A DNA stretch of 64,000 bases from Eledone cirrhosa (lineage: Eukaryota): NCBI GenBank assembly GCA_964016885.1, contig OZ024743.1, positions 159,340,001-159,404,000 of the forward strand, written 5' to 3'. Position 1 is the stretch's first letter. The number at the start of each line of letters is the position of its first letter. Below the pieces are notes generated by a model. The model was not told where the DNA came from, made no database searches, and saw only the letters and a program-made list of their open reading frames with translations. A program made the translations under genes and the position numbers. Shown here in pieces: positions 13,149-24,377 of this stretch.

Positions 13149-13189
<41 letters not shown>

Positions 13190-13661
13190 TTATGTATATA
13201 TATATATATATATATGTTCTTAGCCATTTTGAATTCGTTTCTGGTGGGGATCATTTAAGAAAAATCTTTGTCCAAGTGAGTTTGTTTCCTGCTGAGTTCG
13301 AAGCTCGAGAATTTATCCTTGATAGGATATTTCCGAAAGTGAACGAACCCTAAGGGTAGAAACCTATTCCTGGTATGTGTATATGCATTTTTTCTTCTAA
13401 CTTTAATTTTATACCTAATTGTGTATTGTGTATGGTTAACGGTATATTTAATCGATTTACACGTGCTATTGAAATGTTGGATAAATATTCATTAGCGGTT
13501 GATCGCGAATAGTTGTCTGTCGTTTAATTATCTACTACTTCTTCATAGGTGCCTTTTAATCTTATAGCCTGGTTTAATTGTTTTTTTTTGTGTGGTTGAT
13601 TATGCTAATTGGGAGAAGAAATGGTGTAAATATATTATCAAATGATTCTATAGACTTACTT

Positions 13662-13730
<69 letters not shown>

Positions 13731-13734
<4 letters not shown>

Positions 13735-14390
13735 AACGAGTAAGACCCCGACGGCTGAGCTCAGGCCGTTTCGACGGCTAATTCTGAACTAAATGAAAAT
13801 GTTTATCCTGGTATAAGAATAGTCTTTCTTTAGTCTAGCAGTACCAGTGAGAGACTTGATAGCTGTCCTTAGGAAATAGTAACCAGAAATCTTTTTTTTT
13901 TAATATTTAATTGTTTTTTTTTAACATTCTAGGTATTTTTCTATATATTTACCCCATATTGTTTTACTTATTGTTTCGACTTCCTCCCCCTCCCCCTCCC
14001 TAGTATACTTCCTTGACCTCCTGCCCAGCTGTAGTTGGCACTCTCAACGCACGACTGGGTTTCCTCCACCACCTCTCCCTCTTTCTTCCACTGGCAGGTT
14101 CAGCTACCCCTTCCTACCACAAATTGCCATGATGGAATTATGTGTCTCAACAACAAACATTTGACCATCCTTGTGACAATCACTTTTACCATATATGGAA
14201 TTACCCCCTGAGAAGCTCGGCTATTCATATACCAGGATAAAAATGTTCATTTAGTCCAGAACTAGCCGTCGAAACGGCTCGAGCTCAGCCGTCGGGGTCT
14301 TACTCGTTCCTATTACCCACTCTACCACCCTAAGTATTGAGTACTTTGGTGCGTTATGGTCCACCTGGTTCCTTACCACATTTCCTTCGT
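13731..14390 (+). mobile_element. Non-coding PLE-derived element with inverted partial 3' end at its 5' side
   Basis: 13731-13824 is an imperfect reverse complement of about 14220-14312. Contains an HHR-like motif. Bounded by (TA)n. A partial copy lies at 22455-22522. Confidence 0.7.
14203..14298 (+). ncRNA. Hammerhead-like motif with one core deviation
   Basis: Stem I ACCCC/GGGGU; core CUGAGAA (G8 altered); long stem II CGGCUA.../UAGCCG; GAAA; stem III ACGGCU/AGCCGU with palindromic GAGCUC loop; GUC triplet. Confidence 0.6.
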
Positions 14391-14516
14391 TATATATATA
14401 TATATTAAATTCAATACTACAACAAAGACATGGAGAAAGGCAGAATCACGTATTTTGCTGGGTGAGCTCAACATATTCATCTTGTAGTGTTTCATCGAAA
14501 ACCAAAACGATATATA

Positions 14517-15396
14517 TCTATATATATAAAACTGAGGATGTCTGTCTGTGTGTGTGTGATTTTGAATATCTAAAACTCGAGAACCACCCAATCGACTGTT
14601 TTCAAACTTTACACATATAATACTTATGTTTCACGGAGTGTTCTGAGCCCAAAATATTTCAAATTTTCAATGCCCTAGGGACGGCATTAGACGATAGAGT
14701 GATCTCTCTCTATAATTCTTAGTCTTTCTCTTTTCAGATAGATACATACATATAACGTCGCGTCCTTATAATATCTGTCTGTATGTCTGACTGTCTGCGT
14801 TACGTTACTTCCCTGAGGATGTCTTTCTGTGTGAGTGTGTGTCTGTGAGTTTGACTCCCTAAAGCTCGAGCAGTACCCAACCGACTCTTTTCAAACTTAA
14901 CATGTGTATTAGTTATGTTTCAGGGAGTGTTATGCAATAAAACAATTCAACTTGTTGATCCTCCAGGGCCCGCATTAGTTGAAAAACTGCGTTTTTTCAG
15001 GTCTGTAGGGCTTTTTTGAGTCGTTAAGTCAGACTGATTTCCTGGAAATTGTAACTATGTATTAGTCAGTCTCTTCTTCATACTGTGAGCAAAGAAAATC
15101 CAACTTGTTTATGGTCTAGGGCCCGCATTAGATGAAAAACTTCATTTTTTCAGCTTTCTAGGGCTTTAATTTCAAGTCATAAAAAAAATTCATTTTCTTG
15201 ATCCCTGAAAACCTGCATTTTATGTGAAAACCTGCAATTTTCCTTCTTCATCGAGGAAAATCTTAAAGATTATCCAGCCATCAGAGTATTCGGTTTATTT
15301 TCTTTACATATTGTCCACGCATGCAGTTTTTCCACGCTGTTGGCAGCCCGCGTTCCAAAATACCTTATCCCGTGCAACGCTGGCTACCACATCTAG
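14517..15396 (+). mobile_element. Non-autonomous Helitron with internal subrepeats
   Basis: 5' end a|TCtatatatataaaactgagg with a (CTGT) microsatellite. 3' end cccgtgcaacgctggctaccacatCTAG|t. The 5' block is duplicated at about 14812-14990. Confidence 0.75.
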
Positions 15397-15412
15397 TATA
15401 TATATAAAGGGA

Positions 15413-15483
<71 letters not shown>

Positions 15484-16531
15484 ATGTCTGTATTTAAAAG
15501 AAATTATATATATAATGCATACAAATGAAGACACAGACATACGCACATATATAAGAATGTTAGATATGGAAGGAAATAAAAACAGTCTTCTTTCATCCTA
15601 TTTTCTATGAATATGAATAAATATAAATATTTGCTTAATGTATTATTAGAAGTACAGTTATTTATTGATTGTTTCATAGAGGTAAATCAATACAACTTTA
15701 ACAAGTGAATACTCAATATATTATACTAAATAGGAATATTTACTTATTGTAGCAGAGAATAAGAAAAAAAACTATATTTCAATATTTAACAAGTAAATAT
15801 TTACTACAGAATCGCACAGAGATTGACTTATCGTAGAATAGAGTTAAGCCGATGCATAATGGAAATGAAGTTGGGGATTAAATAAAGGCAGAGATATGTA
15901 TATTAAAGTATGTCTTTTGATTATGCTACTTAACTACACCTGAAGTTTAACAATGATTAAACGGATAATAAATAATTAAAATAAAATTATCAAAAACGTT
16001 ATAAGCCATGTTAATATATTTGCTGTAAATCTGAAGATGTTTCATAATTATACAAATTCATATACAAATACATTGACATTTTTCTCTTTTTTTAAACTCT
16101 ATTTGTTTGCCCTCATTCCTATATGTAAAATGAATCTTGAAAATTGATTTTCAAAACACCACACAGGTAATGCATTTTCTTTTTACAAAAATGTCATTTG
16201 CAAAAAGGAAATTCAAATTTTCAATCGAAATAAAGCAAACACGATAGCAAAGGCTATAAATAAAGAAGAAATAGACACGGACAGAAGGTAATATGTATAC
16301 ATGTATGTCTTTGCTTGTTTGTGAATATGTTTGTACAGGGTTGTGTCTGTGTGCATTAAAGTATATATGTTTAAACATACCGGTCGTGCTATGCCTTGTG
16401 AGAATACCATATATCGTTGGTTGACTTCCCGGTTATTGTGTATCCTTAATGCAGAATATTCGAAGTTCGGTGCTTTCGCATATTATTGACACAGTTCTGG
16501 AATTGACAGCAAAATTATTTGTTAAAGTACA

Positions 16532-17021
<490 letters not shown>

Positions 17022-17054
17022 AGTGGAAATAGCAAATCGAAGATTAAATGTTGG

Positions 17055-17204
<150 letters not shown>

Positions 17205-17834
17205 TGACCATGATGATGGTGGAGGTGTGGTGATGTTGATGTAGAGCTAAAAAACTAAGACCTGACGGAAATTATATAAGAAATGAAATAATGTTAATAA
17301 TATAAATATATCAAGCTACATTACAATATACTTATATGTCTACATATAGGTTCTGGTATACACAATGTTTTATTTCTTTAGTTAAACAGCAAATAAAAAT
17401 AAACAATAAAAATAAACAATATTGATAACATTAAAAAAATTCTAAAACCTAAACTAAAGTGCTTCAACGCGATTTTTGTTATTTAAGCATTTTCATTTTC
17501 CAGTATGTAGAAAAAAAAACAGTTATATAGGAAAAGCCTTTCTGAAGTGTTTGCAAAAATACAAAAAGGAAAGGAGACGAATAAATATTTCAGTAATATA
17601 TAAATTGGAAAAGAAATCATATTTAAATATTGAAATGTAATTTCTTAGGTAGGGTGATAATTTTACATTACCTTCTTTTCTATTGCTTATATACATTGAG
17701 AAAATTGACGCCATAATAAAAAAAGAAAGCTTCAAGAAAAGTTGATTATATGTATGTATGTATACATACATGTATGCGTGTATGTACGTTTGTATGTATG
17801 TATGTAAGTAAGTATGTATGCATGCGTATTTTCT

Positions 17835-17960
17835 CTCCCGTTGGGTGTCAAAAATCCTCCTCATCACCTAGCAAGCATGATGTGACTGCTGGTTTACTCG
17901 CTGACAACCCGACCATGCACAGGTTGTACTGGGTTACATGTCACCAGTGGCGTCATCCAA
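17835..17960 (-). mobile_element. Diverged copy of the RTE-type 5' end seen at 18360
   Basis: Reverse complement actggtgacatgtaacccagtacaacctgtgcatggtcgggttgtcagcgag matches 18382-18435. Confidence 0.7.
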
Positions 17961-18359
17961 TCATTTTCAATATTTTTTTAGGTACAGTGTAGGGAGTGAC
18001 TCCTAGTCTTCATTAAGACCTCTAGGAGGTCACTCTGATATAAAATCTGCGACTTCGTTTGCATTCAATTATGTAGACCAGTTCTACTTTTTGGGTAAAT
18101 CCATTAGATGTTCAGAGTGTTGGATAGGATCCGTGCAAAGTCTTTCCTTGTATAAAATAGCTTCAAGCACAGTCATTGATATTTAACATCTTGAATATTA
18201 AGCGATAACATTATTGGAAATCGAGTTGCAGCTATCATGTATGTATGTATGTATGTATGTATGTATGTATGTATGTATGTATGTATGTATGTATGTATGT
18301 ATGTATGTATGTATGTATGTATGTATGTATGTATGTGTGTGTGTGTATGTATGTATGTT

Positions 18360-18970
18360 TGTCAGGTCACCAGTTGGTGCTACTGGTAACATGTATCCCA
18401 GTACAACCTGACCCATGGTCGGGTCGTTAGCGACTAAACTGGCAACCCCACCAAGGTTTCTTGGTGAGGAGGGTGACTTTGGACATCCTGCAGGACTAAA
18501 AGCAAGACCTGTTAAAGGGCAAAGGAACTCTTAAGAGTCAATGGCCATCCAAAATCACCGGGGGAGATGACCCTTTAGCCTTTGTCAAGGCAGAATTCTA
18601 GGAGAAGGAAAACTCTGATATAACACCTGCAACCCTGATGGTATCCAATGATGTTGACTTGTTCTTCTTTTTGGTAAATATCAACTTGGTTAAGAGAGTG
18701 GGACTGGCTTTGTGCAGTGCCTTTGCTCACTATAAAAGCTTCACGGCACAGGCATTGCTTTATATCTGGAGATCTCTCTGCACTTGTCGTCACATGGTAC
18801 CATGGGCCCAGCACTATGTGTCAATATTTGTCACAAGTGTAGTGTTTGTACCAGAGTTTTCAAGTCGCTGGCTGGACTAAAAAGTCACACTCGTTCAGCG
18901 CATCGGTAGGGGTTCTCCTATATGGATATAAAGTAGTGGCCGTACTCGAAAACGAGTTGGCAGCCACCAT
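18360..18970 (+). mobile_element. Non-autonomous bipartite RTE derivative (5' UTR fused to 3' end), (ATGT)n tail
   Basis: RTE-type 5' UTR motif taggagaaggaaaactctgatataa, then a C-terminal Zn-finger remnant (CHKCSVCTRVFKSLAGLKSHTRSAHR*), stem-loop actcg-aaaa-cgagt and (ATGT)n. No RT domain in between. Confidence 0.65.
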
Positions 18971-19060
18971 GTATGTATGTACGTATGTATGTATGTATGT
19001 ATGTATGTATGTATGTATGTATGTATGTATGTATGTATGTATGTATGTATGTATGTATGC

Positions 19061-19600
19061 TTGGGGAGGGTCATATTTGTGTAATAATATTGCCAGAATT
19101 AATAACAGAACTCACTCACTGTTTGGTTGGTTTTCGCTTCTGTGTCTTTTATATCGGTTAATTTAATTTATTCGGTCCTCAATGTTACCATTGACTGACC
19201 AACAGCAAACAATACAGATATAATATAGACACAAACACATATATATAGTCTAACAAAGTTCTTTCGTTGCACATCTGCAACATCATCAGTGGTGCTATTA
19301 TGTTTCCTCCTGTTGTATTGTATGCCTACGACATCTTTATTTAGTCTGTTTATTTATTTATTTATTTTGTCTTCTTCTCTGCGCATGCGTTTGCGTGTGT
19401 GTATAGTGTTGGGGTGACTGTGTATTGGTTATTGTATTCTATCTTAGTTTACTAGTGTGTGTTTATATGTGTTTGTTGTCATTGTGCTTGTGTATGTATT
19501 TATTTATTTATTTATTTTTTATTTTATTTATACTTCTCTTAGGTCAGTATTGTTTGTTTGGGTGTTGTTATTATTCCATTCATTTTTTTCTGTTTATGTA
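19061..19600 (-). mobile_element. PLE pLTR-like non-coding element with HHR-like motif
   Basis: Terminus ttggggagggtcatatttg resembles the Penelope terminus at 59020 and 51493. An inverse-orientation copy lies at 38050-38605 and a partial one at 63880-63975. HHR core on the minus strand at 19252-19294. Confidence 0.7.
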
Positions 19601-19719
19601 TGTATGTATAGATGTATGTATGTATGTATGTATGTATGTATGTATGTATGTATGTATGTATGTATGTATGTATGTATGTATGTATGTATGCATGCATGTA
19701 TGTATGTATGTATATATTG

Positions 19720-20030
19720 ATCTAGGAAAACCTATGGCTGCATCATGTGCCGGGACATAGAAATAATCAGGCTGGATACCCGATCACGCAGTTAAACCAC
19801 TGGGAGAGAAGGATCCCTAGACATTGTCAGGGTATTCTCCTAGGAGAAGGCAACTCAGGAAAAAAGAATGCGATAACTCCGACATAAAACCTGAGGCTCA
19901 GTAGTTACCGATGATGTTCATCTTTTCTTTCAGGTTATAGCTACTGTCGCTCAGAGAGTGGGATTGACTCAGTGCACAGTCTTTCCCCACTTAAAAAAAA
20001 TCTTCACGCACAGGCATTGCAGGATAACAT
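19720..20030 (+). mobile_element. RTE-type 5' UTR fragment related to 18560-18760
   Basis: Shared motifs taggagaagg, gatgatgtt..cttttcttt, agagagtgggattgact and ttcacg(g)cacaggcattgc. Confidence 0.55.
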
Positions 20031-20578
20031 TAATTAATAATTATTAGTCATGTCATTATTCATAAAATCTCAACTGAATGGCTGGCTGTAGCCTTAAAAA
20101 GCAACCAGTCAATGATGTCCCAAAATAGTATAAAAGTATTATATAAAAGTATATTTAGAAAGAAAAGAAGTGTATATATTATAGCCGAATTTATCAATTT
20201 CTATAAAACTAATTTATTTAGATACGACCTAAATTAAAGGTAAATGAAAAATTATACCAAAGATTATACCGAAGGAAGATTAAATAATTTATGAAACGTT
20301 TACGCCAACTGCAAAGTTTTCCCCCAATCAAGTAACCCACTTATGTGCTTATGTTTTTCTAGTCATATACCTGGTGGTCACCGATCTGTCCAGTTCGTTT
20401 ATCTACCAGCCTATCAGGAAACAATTATACATTTTCTATGTGCTTTGTCTTAGGAGGACATGTTTTGCTTTATGTTATACATGAAACTTTACCTCTTCGA
20501 AATATATATAATGAAATAAATAGAGATGACACAAAGTATGCATCTTTCGTTTACTACTATTATATATATATATATATA

Positions 20579-22006
20579 CTAGCAGTGTATCCCGGCATTG
20601 CACGGGTAAGAACATTGGTAATAGCACCTCCAATGAGAAATGTTTATTTGTGAGTGCCTGTTAAAACACACGAAAATATACCGACAGGAAACTTGTTTTA
20701 TTTGAAGAAAATTAAGAAGTTGAAAGTACAGTTTAGCTGTCTACGTGATTTGTTAATAGAAATATTGTTGAGCCCCTTCTTTACATACTCAATCTGTGAC
20801 AGTTGTCCCCGGCGTTTCCACTCTGTTTTGGCTTATTGGAGTACAGGTGAAAGAGAAAGTCACAGGTTATATAGGCAGAAGGTTGCAGTGTCATAGCAGT
20901 AAGGCGTAGGCTACTTACCTCAAAAGTTCATTCTCACATTTTCCACCAAGTTACTCTTTCTCTCTATCCCTCTCGGTGCAGTCCCTTGCGAATTTCTCGC
21001 GTAGGCCTGGTGAAGATTTGCACCCGATCCATCTGCCCGATGTACGTGTCCGTCTTGTACGGCTTTTGGGGGAAGGAGTGACCAGCCGTACGTTGTTCGG
21101 TATTATTATGAAAAGGTGTAGCAGAGAATCCCGCGTGAACTAACAGCTCAGCAGGAAAGTGCTTACTTCGAAGATTCATTCGCCATCGTTCTAGTCAACG
21201 CTCCGTTTAGTTGGTATTTGTTGGTCTACAGTAATATGAATGGCGCACAAAGTGTTAATGTTTATTGGCAAGAAGTTTTTTATTAATAAAAGACTGGTTA
21301 ACGCGACCTAGAAAGTATCATTCTGCGTTGATGTTAGCGGTTTTCTTTATTGTCAATGGGCTTTTTGGACGTCAAATTCGAGACCCTTCTGTTTCTCCCT
21401 CAATAAACTGACTACTATGACGGCCATTCCATGTTGGCCTGCGGATGGAAATGCAGAACGCAAAGGTAAAAGTTCAGTGGTAATGGGAGTTCTATGTAGC
21501 AGCAGTAACATTGACATTGCTTACAACGTTTGCTTTCACTCTCAACGGGATCATCTGAAACTAAAAAAAATTAATCTGTGAACGCAGAAGTAAATATTCC
21601 GAAAAACGTTGCAACTGAAGGAAATCAGGAAGACGATACTTTGGTTCGTGAAGACGTTCCCTGGCAATGAACGGAGAATAGCGAAGATAATACGCCAGCA
21701 ATAAGAACAATGTTTGTCATAATGTCGTAATAAAGACAACCAGACATACAGACAGATATTATAAGGGTGCGACGTTATAGCTATGTATCTATCTAAAATG
21801 ACAGACTAAGAAAGACAGAGAGATCGATAACCGGCGCCTAACACCTCATTAACAACAGAAAATTGAAAAATAAAAGCTGCAGTTAATATCTTTGAACCGC
21901 AAGGAATATATAAATGCAAGTTTGAAGTCAATCGCAGTAGTAATGTGGATTTGTATAAACTTTGCAAAAATTAGGGGACACACACACAGACAATTTCAGT
22001 TTTATA

Positions 22007-22010
<4 letters not shown>
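20579..22010 (-). mobile_element. Non-autonomous Helitron
   Basis: Minus-strand 3' end cttacccgtgcaatgccgggatacactgCTAG|t. Minus-strand 5' end tatatataaaactgaaattgtctgtgtgtg. Both ends resemble those of 14517-15396. Confidence 0.75.
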
Positions 22011-22074
<64 letters not shown>

Positions 22075-23649
22075 AACAATGTGAAAACAGTTTCCCCTAT
22101 GGAACTGAAAAGTAACTCTAAGAGTAATTGACTTCTTGACAATCTGAACAAGATAGAATGTCTACAGAATTTATACATCTATGCAAATTACTTCAGCTCT
22201 CCTCATCGTATCTCAAATGCAAAATCAAAACTATGTGTCTGTGTGCGTTTGTATTAGTTTTTTATACATACACAGATTTGTAAGATAAAGATGTTAGTTA
22301 ATATATATAGTCGAGTTTATTTATAAGGATTCCATGATAAATTCCTAATCAGTCGAGGTATTATGTGATGCAAGATTATCACAGGAAATTGCAGGTAACT
22401 AGGTAACGAATTGTTAAACTTATAGAAATGTACCCCCCCCCCCTAGAAGAAATGTAAATCTGAGTCCAGAATTAGCCGTCGAAACGAATTGAGCTCAGCC
22501 GTCGGGGTCCTACTCGTTCCTATATATATATATGTGTGTGTGTAAAAGATGAGAAATAACACATGTATATATAAATAAATATATATATGTATATACTCAT
22601 ACATACCTATAAAAACACCTTAATATACTTCCTTTATTTATATGTTCGAGTATTAATTCTCAAAAGAGTAATGTGCCCAGAGGAAATATCTAAAGGCTGC
22701 CTGTATTCAAGAAAGAAAACAAAAGAAACAATAGACGTATTTACTGCGACACAAAATTAAAAAGAAATGAATGATTCTACAAATCCAAAAACAAACGAAG
22801 CCTGTGAAAAGAAAATGTAAATTGAATAAAAGAAGAATTTGTCACCTAGATTGTAAGATTTTCCAGTTTTGGCTTGTAGGAAGATGATCAAATTTATATT
22901 CCGTTATGCATAAAGGAAGAAACTAGAACAGACGAGTTAATGTGTCAATTAGTAGCACAAATAGCTAGGTTGTCTACTTGTAGCGAATATAATGCGTTTA
23001 TTTGCCTCCCAGAATATTATTATTTCATTCTAATAATTTTATTTTATTTTTTCACTTAAAGGAGGAAGCGCATTGCATATATTTCACAAGGAGGAACAGT
23101 TGGATAAACTACAGACCATAGGTAAAACTAATAGGAAGGAACACTTCAATGTATCGTGCTAACTTCAGACCAGAGATCTTGTAACACAATTAATACTTTG
23201 AACAGCATTTCACGGCATTGGATTAGGTTTTCGATTCAATTACAGCTAATGTCCATCCAACGGTTTTCTAAAATTTCTCTGTACAGAATTAATTTCATAC
23301 AATAGACTTAGAACTACAGAAGGCTATTGTAAAATACATTTGCTCCTGACATAACAAAAGAAAAACAAAAACAAAGAAACACAGTTTCTATTGATTACTG
23401 CATTGAGAACTAAGGTCGGATATTTTTACCTATTATAAAGAGTAAATTGTTGGGCCTCAAATATTGTTGGTTTCAATACTTTCGTAAGTTATTTTTTTTA
23501 TGTAACATTGTTTTTGGTTACGTTCGAACATGGATATCGTCAGACCCACAGTCTTCGAAGTGACTGCGCCACACTTTTTAATAAAATATAATATATCAAC
23601 ACACACACACACACACACACACAATCACACACACACACACACACACATC

Positions 23650-24020
23650 TAGATCTAGGATGGGGTAAATTCCCGAGATCCATGGACGTGTTCTCTCCAG
23701 TGGTCTCTGTCCCTCATTATCACTGCCATGTCCTGCGTCTCCAACAGACCAGTGTCTGTCCTTAGGGTATCAACATACGTTAACCTTGGTCTTCCTCTTC
23801 CAGGGTGTCCATGTAGGGGCTCCCACAGGAGCACTGAGTGCGATGTCAACTCGGCATGTCGGTGAGCATGTCCAGCTAACCTCAGTCTCCTCTGTGTCAC
23901 CTTCGAGCTGAATTTTGGGAGGCTCCCATACAGCTCTGAGTTTTTCATCCTCATTGTATACTGATTAATGTTCAGAACCATCCTCAGCATTCTCGTGTAG
24001 CACCCTCCACCATCTGAGTT
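23650..24020 (-). mobile_element. 5'-truncated RTE-like LINE 3' end (colinear copy)
   Basis: ORF 23655-24092 contains GCYTRMLRMVLNI...RRLRLAGHAHRH...GRGRPRLTYVD...DRDHWR. Confidence 0.85.
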
Positions 24021-24377
24021 ATATATATATATATTTGTTTTTTTTATTTTGAATTCGACAATCTCCCAAATTATAACAATATATATATGCATATAATAAT
24101 AATAATACTACTACTTCTAATAATAATAATAATGTTTTCTTTATTAACCACAAGGGTTTACATAAAGTAGACATTAAGGACAGTACAGGACAATACAGGA
24201 CGGTACAAATGGGCATTTCTGCGTGTAAAAAAAACAGAGGATGCAATAAAATAACAAAGAAAAATTCCCCAATAGGGGGGAGACTTCCGAGGGACATTTG
24301 TGGAGAAAGCCCAGTAAAAGGCCACAGTGACCCTGATCACCAAGGCAAGTGCCTTCTCCCAGTTTTCCACCTTTAAT

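Larger units (their letters stand above)
12163..13153 (+). repeat. 467-bp tandem repeat (2 units plus ~55-bp terminal redundancy), each unit with a hammerhead ribozyme; retrozyme/PLE-pLTR-like
   Basis: actagtatttcag recurs at 12171, 12638 and 13105 (period 467). Units look identical by eye. No ORF. (TA)n on both sides. Confidence 0.9.

Noticed and set aside
12163-13153. CRISPR array or LTR retrotransposon interpretation of the direct repeats (also 35594-36380)
   Set aside because: Eukaryotic context, no short repeat-spacer periodicity, and no TG..CA ends, PBS or PPT.
13338-13372. gaacgaaccctaagggtagaaacctattc, HHR-like
   Set aside because: No CUGANGA and no convincing stem I or III.
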